Origin: Gammaproteobacteria bacterium
GTDB taxonomy: Bacteria; Pseudomonadota; Gammaproteobacteria; Ga0077536
Assembly (NCBI GenBank): GCA_040220855.1
Contig: JAVJVZ010000023.1
Location: 22,102 to 86,101, forward strand
Length of the DNA stretch: 64,000 nucleotides
Reading direction: 5' to 3'
Made by a program: the position numbers and the translations under genes. Positions 36,310-46,516 of the stretch are shown here, piece after piece. Position 1 is the first letter of the stretch, and every line of letters starts with the position of its first letter. The notes below the pieces were generated by a model. It searched no databases, was not told the origin of the DNA, and worked only from the letters and a program-made list of their open reading frames with translations.

Positions 36310-37506
36310 ATGTTCGACCGCAATTTCATCGTCCTCGAGCTCGCCAACATCCTCGCCGGCCCGGTCACCACGATGGCCTTCGCCGAGCTCGGCGCACGCG
36401 TCGTCAAGGTCGAGAATCCGGGTACCCGCGGTGATGCCACGCGTGGCTGGAAGCTCGGCACCGAGCCGGGCGACACCGACGTCTCGGGCTATTTCTCCTG
36501 CGCCAACTGGGGCAAGGAATCCATTGCCGTCGACGTCACCTGCGCCGCTGGCCAGGCACTCGTGCACGATCTCGCGGCCCGCGCCGATATCGTGGTGGCG
36601 AGCTTCAAGCCCGGCGACGAGGTCAAGCTGGGGCTCGACTACACCACGCTCTCGGCGCGCAACCCGCGCCTCGTCTACGGCCAGATCACTGCCTATGGCC
36701 CACGCGACCCGCGGCCCGGCTTCGATGCCATCCTGCAGGCCGAGGCCGGCTTCACCTACCTCAACGGCGAGCCCGACGGTCCGCCGACCAAGATGCCGGT
36801 GGCGCTGGTCGACCTGCTGCTCGCGCACCAGCTGAAGGAGGCGCTGCTGCTCGCCCTGCTCAAGCGCGAGCGGACCGGCCAGGGCTCCTACGTCTGCACC
36901 TCGCTGTTCGAGGCCGCGGTGGCATCGCTCGCCAACCAGGCCACCAACTACCTGGTCGGTGGCGTGGTGCCGCAACGCATGGGCTCCGAACACCCCAACA
37001 TCGTGCCCTACGGCTCGATCCTCGCCTGCGCCGACGGCCGCGAGCTGGTCATCGCCGCGGCTACCGAGCGCCAGTACCGCGAGCTCGTGCGCGCGATGGG
37101 CCTGCCCGAACTCGCCGACGATCCGGCCTTCGCCACCGGCCAGCAGCGCGTGCGCGAGCGCGAGCGCCTGCTGGCGCGCATCCGCGCGCGCGCCGCCGAG
37201 CTCGACTCGGGCGATCTCGCCGCGCGCCTCGAGCGGGCCAAGGTCCCGTTCGGTTTCGTCAACGACATGGCGGCCGTGTTCGAGCAGCCGGGCGCACGGC
37301 GCCTGCTGCTCGAAGGCGCGGTCGACGGCCGTACGCTGCGTGGCGTGCGTACGCTGGCTTTCGACGGTGATGCCGCGACGCTCGTCGCGCCCGCACCGCC
37401 GCCCCACTACGACGCCCACCGCGCGGCCGTACTCGGCGATCTCCTCGGCCATGACGACGCCGCCATCGCGGCACTCGCTGCCAGCGGTGCGTTCGGCCCG
37501 ACCTGA
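36310..37506 (+). CDS. CaiB/BaiF family III CoA-transferase
   Basis: N-terminal motif IVLELANILAGPVTTMAFAELGARVVKVE and the catalytic Asp region. Start re-picked at MFDRNF. Confidence 0.85.
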   Translation: MFDRNFIVLELANILAGPVTTMAFAELGARVVKVENPGTRGDATRGWKLGTEPGDTDVSGYFSCANWGKESIAVDVTCAAGQALVHDLAARADIVVASFKPGDEVKLGLDYTTLSARNPRLVYGQITAYGPRDPRPGFDAILQAEAGFTYLNGEPDGPPTKMPVALVDLLLAHQLKEALLLALLKRERTGQGSYVCTSLFEAAVASLANQATNYLVGGVVPQRMGSEHPNIVPYGSILACADGRELVIAAATERQYRELVRAMGLPELADDPAFATGQQRVRERERLLARIRARAAELDSGDLAARLERAKVPFGFVNDMAAVFEQPGARRLLLEGAVDGRTLRGVRTLAFDGDAATLVAPAPPPHYDAHRAAVLGDLLGHDDAAIAALAASGAFGPT

Positions 37507-37636
37507 AGTCCCCGGCTACCCCGTCCGGGGCAGGACCGGTCACGCGTCGGCGCCCCTGCTCAAGCCTGCCCGCGCCGCGCCGCCATAGCCCGAGACGCAC
37601 CGAGAACGTGCACGCGTCCCGCGCAACGGGACAGGG

Positions 37637-40600
37637 ATGTCAGGGCGGCGACCAACGGCATGCCCTGCGGATGGTCATGGCTACTGGACCGGAGCAACGC
37701 GCTTGGACGACAAGGTCAGGATCTCGGAATACCTGTTCGCAGCGGCCTTCGAGGCCGTCGACGACGCCATCGTCATTCTCGACGCCGACGGCGACGTCGT
37801 GCACCTGAACCGCCACGCGGCGACCCTGCTCGGCTGCGCCCAGGGCACGGCCCGTGGCCAGGGTTGGCGCCAGGTACTGCGACTCGCCGGCGGCAACGGT
37901 GCGCCGACGCTGGCGCTGACCGCCGCCGGCCTTCTCCCGCCTGGCCTTCACGTGGTTGCCATCGAGGGGCGCCCGGGGTTGTGCGAAATTGCCGTCAGCG
38001 CGCTCGACGACCCGGTGCCCGGGACATTGCTGCGCATGACCGCGGCGGAGACCACGGGCGTTTCGACCACCCATCAGCAATCGCTGCTGCAGCTGGCGCT
38101 GGAGAATGGCCGCCAGGGGCTGTGGGAGTGGGAGCCGCAAGCGGACCGCCTGCGCTTCTCGCGTGAATGGTACGCCTTGTTCGGCCACGCACCCGGTTCG
38201 GTGCGCACGTTGCGCGGCGACCTGCAGCAATTGCTGCACCCCGACTCGGTCGCCGCCGGCCGTGCCGCCCTGTTGAGCATGCTGCGCGGCGAACGCGAGG
38301 ATTTCGAAGTCGAACACCGCCTGCGCCACGCCGCCGGGCACTGGATCGACATCCTCTCACGTGGTCGCTGCGTGGCGCGCGACGCGACCGGAGAGGCCAT
38401 CCTGGTGGTCGGCACGCACGTCGACATCACTGCGCTGAAGGACACCGAACAACGTCTGCTCGAATCACGCCGGCTGCTCGAGACCGTCATCGACGCCTTT
38501 CCACAGCGCGTGTTCTGGAAGGACGCCGATGGCCGCTACCTGGGCGCCAACGGCCGCTTTGCCCGCGATGCCGGACACGACAAACCCTCGTCGCTGCTCG
38601 GTCTCGGCATCGACGCCGTCGACTGGCCGATGCCGCTCGCCGCGGTCAATGCAGAGGAACGCGAGTTGCTTAGCGGCGCGGTCGACAAGGTCATGGTGCG
38701 CCGGCGCCTGAGCCCGGTGCGCGGCGAACCGTTCTGGGCCGAGACGATCAAGGTCGCGATCCCGGGCGCTGACGGCCGGCCCATCGGCGTGCTCGGCATG
38801 TACGACGACATCACCGAGCGACGCGAGCGCGAACTGCACATGCGCACCATCGCCGAGGCCTTCACCGCGGCCGGCGAGACGCGCCTGCTCGATGCGCTGG
38901 CGCGCGCCAGCGCAGTGCTCGCCGGCGCCGACTACGCCTTCGTCGCGCGGCTCGATGCCGATGGAACGCAGGCCCAGGCGAGTGCCTGCCACCCCCTCGA
39001 CGCGCCCTTGCGGGACGCCGTCTACGCGCTCGCCGGCACGCCCTGCGCAAGCGCCGTCAACGGTGCTGGCTGCGCCATCGAGCACGGTGCCGCGCGCGCC
39101 TATCCTGACGACCCGCTGTTGAGAGAACTCGGCATCGAGGGCTACGTCGGCCGGCGGCTCGAAGCCGCCGACGGCCGTGCCGTCGGCCTGTTCGTGCTCC
39201 TGTTCCGCAGTCGGGTCGCACATCTCGAACACGTCGACACCGTCATCGACATCTTCGCCGGGCGCGCCACCGCGGAACTCGAGCGCGAACGTGCGCTGAA
39301 CGATCTGCGCACCTCCGAACAGCGCCTCGAAACCGCCATCGCGCACGGTGGCCAGGACGTGTGGGAGTGGTCGCCTGCCGACGACAGCCTGAGCATCATC
39401 GGCACCGGCTTCGGCGGCCTCGGCATCGACAGCGGGGCCGCCCTGCGCGGTCGCATCCATCCCGACGACCTTGCAGTACAGAAGCGTGCCCTCGCCGACT
39501 ACTATCATGGCCGCAGCGAATACTACGAGTACGAGGCGCGCATCCGGCATGCCGCCGGCGACTACCGCTGGATGCTGGTACGGGGACAGACGGCCACGCG
39601 CGACGCCGCGGGGCGCGTCGCGCGCATCATCGGAACGGTCACCGACATCTCCGCCCTCAAGCAGGCGCAGCACGCGGCAGAGTCCTCGCAGCAGTTCCTC
39701 TCACTGGTGATCGACACCGTGCCGCAGGCAATCTTCTGGCAGGACCGGTCATTCCGCTACCGTGGCTGCAACCAGCGCTTCGCCGAACTCGCCGGCGTCG
39801 CCGCGCCCGACGACCTGGTCGGGCTCGACGATCACGCATTGTGGTGGCACGAAGCGACCCCGACGTTCCAGGCCGAGGACCAGGCACTCATCGACGGCTC
39901 GCTGCCCAGCGTGCGCGGCGAGCAGGCGTTGCGCCTGCCTGACGGCAGCGACAAGTGGTTCGAGACGGTGAAGGTCCCGATGCGCGGCGCCGACGGCACC
40001 ATCATCGGCGTGCTCGGCGCGGTCCACGACATCACCACGCGCCGCCAGGCCGAAGACGCCGCGCGCCACCTGGCCTGTTTCGATCCCCTCACCGGACTGC
40101 CCAACCGGCGCGACTTCACCGCGCGGCTGGAGGCGAGCCTGGCGCGCGCGCGGCGCCATCGCCGCAAGGGGGCGCTGCTGTTCATCGACCTCGACCAGTT
40201 CAAGCAGATCAACGATACCCTGGGACACTCGGTAGGTGACGCACTGCTGCAGGCAGTCGCCAAGCGCCTCGAGAACGTGACCCGCCAGGAGGACACCGTG
40301 GCCCGGCTCGGTGGGGACGAGTTCGTCGTCCTGCTGCCGGCAGACGTCGACGGTAACAGCGAGTGCGCCCGGCACGCACAGCGCGTTGCAGACAAGATTC
40401 ACGCCACCCTGCGCCAGCCGTTCCAGTTCGAGCACCACCAGTTCCACGTCACCCCGACCATCGGCATCTCGCTGTTTCCGGATGGCGACAAGGACGTCGA
40501 CGACGTCCTCAAGGAGGCCGATACCGCGATGTACAGCGGCAAGGCCGCCGGCCGCGGCGTGACCCGCTTCTTCCGTCGCGAGATGGAGGAAGCCGCGCAG

Positions 40601-41377
40601 CGCCGGCTGCGCATCGAAGGCGATCTGCGCAAGGCCATCGTGCGCGAAGAGTTCCAGCTCTGTTTCCAGCCACAGGTCGACGCCGCCGGTTACGTCTCCG
40701 GCGTCGAGGTCCTGCTGCGCTGGCAGCATCCCGAGCACGGCACCATCTCGCCGGCCGATTTCGTCCCCATCGCCGAGGAACGGGGGCTCATTGTCGACAT
40801 CGGGCGCTGGGTGCTCGACGCCGCGTTCGACCGCATGCGCGACTGGCTCGAGCATGGCCGCGCCGACGTCGGCGAGATTGCCATCAACGTCAGCTCACGC
40901 CAGTTCCGCTGCGAGGATTTCTACAATGACGTCGAGCGCCTGCTGCTTGCCCACCGTATCCCGCCGCAGCGGGTGGTCTTCGAGATCACCGAGGGCACCG
41001 TGGTCGAAGACGTCGAGGCGACCATCGCCATCATGGAACGCCTGCGTCGTCTCGGCATTCGCTTCGCCATCGACGATTTCGGGACCGGTTACTCCTCCCT
41101 CGCCTACCTCAAGCGCCTGCCCATCGACCAGCTCAAGATCGACCGTTCGTTCATCTCCGACATCGGTCGCGACAGCAACGACGAAGTGATCTGCCAGACC
41201 ATCGTCGCGATGAGCCAGCACCTGCGCCTGCAGACCATCGCGGAAGGCGTGGAGACCGCCGAGCAGTACAACTTCCTGACCCGCCTGCGCTGTCACGGCT
41301 ACCAGGGCTACCTGTTCCTGCCGCCGAGCGACGAGGCGACCTTCCTCGATTTCTGCGCGCGCGCCAATCGGCGCTGA
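37637..41377 (+). CDS. Multidomain signalling protein: PAS/PAC x3-4, GAF, GGDEF (diguanylate cyclase) and EAL (c-di-GMP phosphodiesterase)
   Basis: Repeated PAS/PAC blocks, GGDEF active site (RLGGDEFVVLL), EAL motifs (EITEG, DDFGTGYSSL, QGYLF). Confidence 0.85.
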   Translation: MSGRRPTACPADGHGYWTGATRLDDKVRISEYLFAAAFEAVDDAIVILDADGDVVHLNRHAATLLGCAQGTARGQGWRQVLRLAGGNGAPTLALTAAGLLPPGLHVVAIEGRPGLCEIAVSALDDPVPGTLLRMTAAETTGVSTTHQQSLLQLALENGRQGLWEWEPQADRLRFSREWYALFGHAPGSVRTLRGDLQQLLHPDSVAAGRAALLSMLRGEREDFEVEHRLRHAAGHWIDILSRGRCVARDATGEAILVVGTHVDITALKDTEQRLLESRRLLETVIDAFPQRVFWKDADGRYLGANGRFARDAGHDKPSSLLGLGIDAVDWPMPLAAVNAEERELLSGAVDKVMVRRRLSPVRGEPFWAETIKVAIPGADGRPIGVLGMYDDITERRERELHMRTIAEAFTAAGETRLLDALARASAVLAGADYAFVARLDADGTQAQASACHPLDAPLRDAVYALAGTPCASAVNGAGCAIEHGAARAYPDDPLLRELGIEGYVGRRLEAADGRAVGLFVLLFRSRVAHLEHVDTVIDIFAGRATAELERERALNDLRTSEQRLETAIAHGGQDVWEWSPADDSLSIIGTGFGGLGIDSGAALRGRIHPDDLAVQKRALADYYHGRSEYYEYEARIRHAAGDYRWMLVRGQTATRDAAGRVARIIGTVTDISALKQAQHAAESSQQFLSLVIDTVPQAIFWQDRSFRYRGCNQRFAELAGVAAPDDLVGLDDHALWWHEATPTFQAEDQALIDGSLPSVRGEQALRLPDGSDKWFETVKVPMRGADGTIIGVLGAVHDITTRRQAEDAARHLACFDPLTGLPNRRDFTARLEASLARARRHRRKGALLFIDLDQFKQINDTLGHSVGDALLQAVAKRLENVTRQEDTVARLGGDEFVVLLPADVDGNSECARHAQRVADKIHATLRQPFQFEHHQFHVTPTIGISLFPDGDKDVDDVLKEADTAMYSGKAAGRGVTRFFRREMEEAAQRRLRIEGDLRKAIVREEFQLCFQPQVDAAGYVSGVEVLLRWQHPEHGTISPADFVPIAEERGLIVDIGRWVLDAAFDRMRDWLEHGRADVGEIAINVSSRQFRCEDFYNDVERLLLAHRIPPQRVVFEITEGTVVEDVEATIAIMERLRRLGIRFAIDDFGTGYSSLAYLKRLPIDQLKIDRSFISDIGRDSNDEVICQTIVAMSQHLRLQTIAEGVETAEQYNFLTRLRCHGYQGYLFLPPSDEATFLDFCARANRR

Positions 41378-41553
41378 GGCGGCGGCGCAGGCGCACACGC
41401 GAGACCCGCGGTGGCGCGCCTCGGCGTCACCGTGCGGGGCGTCCGGCACCCGGCGCGCAGCGGCGCGACATGGAGGCTGCCGGCGGTTCCGGCGACGTCA
41501 CCCGGGCCGTGCCGGACGCCGCGAGGCGCACGAAGGCGACCTTTCACGCGCGC

Positions 41554-42369
41554 TCAGCGCGCCAGCCACTCCTCCAGCAGCGCGTTGATCGCAGCAGGGC
41601 GGTCGAGCGGCAGCCAGTGCCCGGCGCCCTCGAGGCGCTCGTAGCGCCACGGGGCGTCGACGCAGGCAGCGGAGCCGACCATCTGTGCCTCCTCGAGGTA
41701 AGCGTCGGCGCTGCCCCATACACCCAGCGTGGGTACCGCGACCCGCGGGAAGTCGAGTCCACGGAAGGTCTGGGCCGGGTGGGCATTGGCGCGGTACCAA
41801 TTGAGCGCCGCGGTGAGCGCCCCGGGGCGCGCCAGGTCGGCCGTCCAGCGCGCGCACTCCGGGTGGTGGCCGGTGAAGTCGCGCAGGAAGGCCCAGTCAT
41901 CCGCGGCCAGCACGCGCTCGGCGAGATCCTCGAACTGGAACAGCAGCATGTACCACGAGCGCGCGCGCTGGCCGAGGCCGGCGCCGTAAAAGCATTGCGG
42001 GTGACCGACCGAGAGTGCCGTCAGCGAACCCAACCGATCGCCGTGCAGGGCGGCGAGCAGCCAGCCCAGCGAGGCGCCCCAGTCGTGGCTGACCACGTGC
42101 GCACGCGGGAGCGCGAGCGCATCGAGCAGGCCGACGACGTCGGCGAGCAGCACCGCCACGCGGTACTCGGCCACCGCCGCCGGTCGCGAGCTGGCGCCGA
42201 AGCCGCGCAGATCGGGCGCGATCACACGGTACCCGGCAGCGACCAGCGCCGGCACCTGGTGGCGCCACAGCGCCGCCGAATCGGGAAAGCCGTGCAGCAG
42301 CAGCACGGCCGGGCCGTCGCCCTCGTCGAGGTAGGCGAGTTCGATGCCATTGACGTTCACGGTCGGCAT
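41554..42369 (-). CDS. Alpha/beta-fold hydrolase (epoxide-hydrolase/haloalkane-dehalogenase-like)
   Basis: HGFP oxyanion motif, nucleophile elbow SHDWGA. Start re-picked at MPTVNVNG. Confidence 0.8.
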   Translation of the reverse strand: MPTVNVNGIELAYLDEGDGPAVLLLHGFPDSAALWRHQVPALVAAGYRVIAPDLRGFGASSRPAAVAEYRVAVLLADVVGLLDALALPRAHVVSHDWGASLGWLLAALHGDRLGSLTALSVGHPQCFYGAGLGQRARSWYMLLFQFEDLAERVLAADDWAFLRDFTGHHPECARWTADLARPGALTAALNWYRANAHPAQTFRGLDFPRVAVPTLGVWGSADAYLEEAQMVGSAACVDAPWRYERLEGAGHWLPLDRPAAINALLEEWLAR

Positions 42370-42523
42370 GGTCGGGGTGGACTCCGTTGGGGGGGACCCC
42401 ACGATAACGGCGCGCAACGCCGCGGGCCAGGGCGCCGCGTCGGTGGCGGAAATACGAAACAATGGCGCTCCCGCGCCGGACGGCGCGGGTCCCCGCGGCA
42501 ACCACCACCAGGAGGATACGCCC

Positions 42524-43507
42524 ATGCCGGACCTGCTCGATCGCCTGCATACTTCGGCCCCGCTGTGGAGCGCCGGCATGGGCGGTGGCCTTGCCGGCCC
42601 CGCGCTCACCGCCGCGGTCAGCGAGGCCGGCGGCTTCGGCGTACTCGGCTGTGGCGGCGGCCTGCCGCGCGCGGAAGTGTCGCGCCTGATCGCACAGACC
42701 CGCGCGCTGACCTCGCGGGCGTTCGGTGCCAACGTGATCCTGCCGATGTCCGACGGCAGCGACATCGAGGCCTGCTTCGACGCGCGCGTACCGGTGCTGG
42801 TGTTGTTCTGGGGCGATGTGCAGCCGTTCGTCGCCGACGCCCATCGCCGCGACATGTACGTCGTCGCGCAGTGCGGCGGTCCGGATGACGCCGTCGCCGC
42901 GGCGGATGCCGGCGTCGACGCCGTGATCGTGCAGGGCAGCGAAGCCGGCGGACACGTCAAGGCGCGGGCGCCGCTGGCCGAGACGGTGCCCGCGGCGGTC
43001 CGCGTGCTCGGACCCGTGCCCACCATTGCCGCCGGCGGCATCGCGACCGGCGCGGACATCGCCGACGCGCTCGCCCTCGGCGCACGCGGCGTGTCGCTGG
43101 GCACGCGATTCCTCGCCTGCAGCGAGGCCGCAGCGCACGACGACTACAAGGCCCGCGTGGTCGCCGCCGCGGCCGCCGACACACTCCTCACCGAACTGTT
43201 CGATATCGGCTGGCCGGCCGCCGCGCACCGTGTACTGCGCAACGCCGTCGTCTCGGCGTGGGAAGCAGCCGGCCGCCCGGCACCCGGCGCGCGCCCCGGC
43301 GAAGGCGAGGAAATCGGTACAATCGGCCGCGGCGAGTCGCAGGTGGTGGTGCCGCGCTACAGCGTGCTGCCGCCGGTGACGGATTTCGACGGCGACCTCG
43401 AAGCGGTGGCGCTCTACGCCGGCGAATCCGTCGACCGCATCGATGCGGTCGCCGATGCCGCCACGATCATGACGAACCTGATGGAAGAGCTGCGCGCCGC
43501 GACCTGA
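42524..43507 (+). CDS. Nitronate monooxygenase (NMO family), second copy
   Basis: VIVQGSEAGGH motif. AGGAGGA RBS before the ATG. Start re-picked at MPDLLDRL. Confidence 0.8.
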   Translation: MPDLLDRLHTSAPLWSAGMGGGLAGPALTAAVSEAGGFGVLGCGGGLPRAEVSRLIAQTRALTSRAFGANVILPMSDGSDIEACFDARVPVLVLFWGDVQPFVADAHRRDMYVVAQCGGPDDAVAAADAGVDAVIVQGSEAGGHVKARAPLAETVPAAVRVLGPVPTIAAGGIATGADIADALALGARGVSLGTRFLACSEAAAHDDYKARVVAAAAADTLLTELFDIGWPAAAHRVLRNAVVSAWEAAGRPAPGARPGEGEEIGTIGRGESQVVVPRYSVLPPVTDFDGDLEAVALYAGESVDRIDAVADAATIMTNLMEELRAAT

Positions 43508-43581
43508 GCCGCGGTGCGCGGCGACCTGGACGCCGCCCCGGCGCCCCCACCCGAACCACGTTAACGACGACGGAACCGAGC

Positions 43582-45138
43582 ATGCGAGTCACCCAACCCC
43601 TGCAGCGCAACCTGCAACAGATCCCGCACGAGCTGGCGACCATCGACGGCGAGCGCCGTCGCACCTGGGCCGAGTTCGTCGATCGCGTCGCCCGCCTCGC
43701 CGGCGGCCTGCGCGGGCTCGGCCTCGAGGTCGGCGATCGCGTCGCCGTGATCGGGCTGAATTCCGACCGCCACATGGAGGTGTTCTTCGCCGTGCCGTGG
43801 GCCGGCGGCGTCATCGTACCGACCAACTACCGCTGGTCCGCGCCGGAAATCGCGTTCTCACTGAACGACTCCGGCACGCGCATACTGTGCATCGACCGCG
43901 CCTTCTGGCCGCTGGTCGCCGAACTGCGCACGCTGGTCGAGCACCCGCTCACCGTGATCTGCATGGACGACACGCTGGACGGCCACGATGCGGTGCACGA
44001 CGAACTCGTCGCTGCCCATGCGCCGGTCGAGGAACACGTGGCGCGCGGCGACGACATCTCCGGCATCTTCTATACCGGCGGCACCACCGGACGCTCGAAA
44101 GGGGTGATGCTGACGCACGCCAACCACGTGGCCAATACGCTGCAGTTCGCGGCCATGATCGGCCTCTCACCCGAAATCGTCTACCTGCACGCGGCGCCGA
44201 TGTTCCACATCGCCGATGCTCTCTATATCTACCTCGTCACCCATCTCGGCGCGCGCCACGTGTTCATTCCCCGCTTCGAGCCGGCCGCGTGTGCCCAGGC
44301 CATGCAGGAGCACGCGGTCACCGACACCATCCTCGTGCCGACCATGATCCAGATGCTGCTCGAGCAGCCCGGCTTCGGCGACTACGACCTCGGCCGCCTC
44401 GTGCGGCTCTACTACGGCGCTTCGCCGATGCCCGAGGCGGTCGCGATCCAACTCATCCACAAGCTACCCTGGGTCGCGGCGTACCAGCTCTACGGCCAGA
44501 CCGAGGCCGCGCCGTTGCTGACCGCGCTCGACTCGCGCTATCACGTCACCGAGGGCCCGCTGGCCGGGCGCCTGCGCTCGGCCGGACGTGCGGTGCCGGC
44601 GGTCGAACTGCGCATCGTCGACGAGCGCGGCGAGGAAGTCCCGCGCGGCACGGTCGGAGAAATCGTCGCGCGCGGACCCAACATCATGAAAGGCTACTGG
44701 GGCCGCGAGGACCTCAGCGCGGAGACCCTGCGTGGCGGCTGGTTGCACACCGGTGATGCCGCCTACATGGACGACGGCGGCTTCATCTTCATCAGCGACC
44801 GTCTCAAGGACATGATCATCTCCGGCGGCGAGAACGTCTATTCCACCGAAGTCGAGAACGCGCTCTACCAGCACCCGGACGTCGCGCAGGTCGCGGTCAT
44901 CGGCATCCCCGACGACAAGTGGGGCGAGCGCGTCCACGCCGTGGTGGTGCCACGCGAGGGGGCCCGGCCCGAACCGGCCGACCTGATGGCCTTCTGCCGC
45001 ACGCTGATCGCCGACTACAAGTGCCCGCGCTCGGTCAGCTTCCGCGACGAACCGCTACCGCTCTCCGGGGCCGGCAAGGTGCTGAAGACCGAGCTGCGCA
45101 AGCCGTTCTGGGAAGGTCGCGACCGCCAGGTCAACTAG
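43582..45138 (+). CDS. Long-chain fatty-acid--CoA ligase (AMP-binding family)
   Basis: FYTGGTTGRSKG, YGQTE, GWLHTGD and a C-terminal ...GKVLK. Confidence 0.85.
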   Translation: MRVTQPLQRNLQQIPHELATIDGERRRTWAEFVDRVARLAGGLRGLGLEVGDRVAVIGLNSDRHMEVFFAVPWAGGVIVPTNYRWSAPEIAFSLNDSGTRILCIDRAFWPLVAELRTLVEHPLTVICMDDTLDGHDAVHDELVAAHAPVEEHVARGDDISGIFYTGGTTGRSKGVMLTHANHVANTLQFAAMIGLSPEIVYLHAAPMFHIADALYIYLVTHLGARHVFIPRFEPAACAQAMQEHAVTDTILVPTMIQMLLEQPGFGDYDLGRLVRLYYGASPMPEAVAIQLIHKLPWVAAYQLYGQTEAAPLLTALDSRYHVTEGPLAGRLRSAGRAVPAVELRIVDERGEEVPRGTVGEIVARGPNIMKGYWGREDLSAETLRGGWLHTGDAAYMDDGGFIFISDRLKDMIISGGENVYSTEVENALYQHPDVAQVAVIGIPDDKWGERVHAVVVPREGARPEPADLMAFCRTLIADYKCPRSVSFRDEPLPLSGAGKVLKTELRKPFWEGRDRQVN

Positions 45139-45156
45139 CGCCTGCTTCGCCGGCGC

Positions 45157-46230
45157 TCAGCCGAGCGCGGCGTGGATCTCGCGCAGCAAGGTCTCGGTGG
45201 TCTTCCAGTCGATACAGGCATCGGTGATGGATACGCCGTAGCGCAGCTGGCTGACGTCCTTGCCGAGCGGCTGGTTACCGAACTCGAGGTTGCTCTCGAG
45301 CATGATGCCGACCAGCGCCCGCTGGCCGGCCGCGCGCTGCGCGACCACCTCGCGGGCGACGGCCGGCTGGCGTGCCGCGTCCTTGGCCGAGTTGCCGTGA
45401 CTGCAGTCGACCATCACGGCCGGTTGCAGGCCGGCCTGGGCCAGCGCCTCGACCGACGCCGATACCGCCTGCGCGTCGTAGTTCGGCGCGCGCCCGCCGC
45501 GCAGGATCACGTGGAGATCGGGATTGCCGCGCGTGCGCACGACCGCCGTGCGGCCATCGCCGTCGATGCCGAGGAAGGCATGGGGCGAGCGCGCCGCCTG
45601 CATCGCCTGCACCGCGACCTGCACGTTGCCATCGGTCGCGTTCTTGAACCCGCAGGGTGCCGACAGCCCACTCGCCATCTCGCGGTGGGTCTGCGACTCG
45701 GTGGTGCGCGCGCCGATGGCGTACCAGCTCACGAGGTCGCCGAAGTACTGCGGCACGATCGGGTCGAGCGCCTCGGTGGCTGCCGGCATACCACACTCCG
45801 CGAGCTCGAGCAGGAAACTCCGGGCCAGGGTCAGGCCGCTCTCGATATCGAAGGTGTCGTTCATCTGCGGGTCGTTGACGAGCCCTTTCCAGCCGATCGT
45901 GGTGCGCGGTTTCTCGAAATACACGCGCATCACGACGAGCACGCGGTCACCGATCTCGCTGGCGAGCGCGCGCAGGCGCGCGAGGTAGTCCCGCGCGGCG
46001 ACCAGGTCGTGGATGGAGCACGGCCCGACGACCACCACGAAGCGCGCGTCGCGTCCGGCGATGATGCCGCCCAGGTCGCGCCGCGTGCGATCGATGAAAG
46101 CGGCCTCGGCGGCACCCAGCGGGAGCCGCTCGTGCAGCGTCGCCGGTGACATCAGCGGCGTCAGTGAAGCGACATTGCGGTTCTCGAGTACGAAGGCTTC
46201 CATCGTCTCGTCATGGTCGGACATGCTCAT
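45157..46230 (-). CDS. Class I (AroG/F/H-type) 3-deoxy-7-phosphoheptulonate (DAHP) synthase
   Basis: EKPRTTIGWKGLVNDP and the downstream metal-binding Cys/His/Glu/Asp contexts. 357 aa. Confidence 0.85.
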   Translation of the reverse strand: MSMSDHDETMEAFVLENRNVASLTPLMSPATLHERLPLGAAEAAFIDRTRRDLGGIIAGRDARFVVVVGPCSIHDLVAARDYLARLRALASEIGDRVLVVMRVYFEKPRTTIGWKGLVNDPQMNDTFDIESGLTLARSFLLELAECGMPAATEALDPIVPQYFGDLVSWYAIGARTTESQTHREMASGLSAPCGFKNATDGNVQVAVQAMQAARSPHAFLGIDGDGRTAVVRTRGNPDLHVILRGGRAPNYDAQAVSASVEALAQAGLQPAVMVDCSHGNSAKDAARQPAVAREVVAQRAAGQRALVGIMLESNLEFGNQPLGKDVSQLRYGVSITDACIDWKTTETLLREIHAALG

Positions 46231-46516
46231 CGGACGTCTCCGTCGGAATCCCTGGGCGCTGAACGGCGCCGTGAGGTGCGCCCGGCATTGCTGCGGCACG
46301 CACGCACGGCGCCTCGTTTCCAGCATGATAGCGCGCCGCCGAAGACGATGAGCGATACCCGTGTTGTGTCGGGCGAGAGCAGCGGCGGTCCTGCATTGAC
46401 GAAAATCATTGCCATGTGGGCGCACCCCATCGATCATGCGGCCGCCCCGGCCGCGCGCCGGGCCGCCGCCCGCGCGCCCGGGCCGGCAGGATCTTTCGCC
46501 AGCGACCGGAGAGACC

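Noticed and set aside
37640-41449. Multiple minus-strand ORFs inside the GGDEF/EAL gene (38465..39673, 39749..40855, 40895..41449, etc.)
   Set aside because: Antisense to a 1246-aa protein with unambiguous PAS, GGDEF and EAL motifs.
41470-43228. ORFs 41470..42888 (+), 41897..43228 (-), and the N-terminal part of 41554..43104
   Set aside because: Shadow frames of the alpha/beta hydrolase and nitronate monooxygenase genes.
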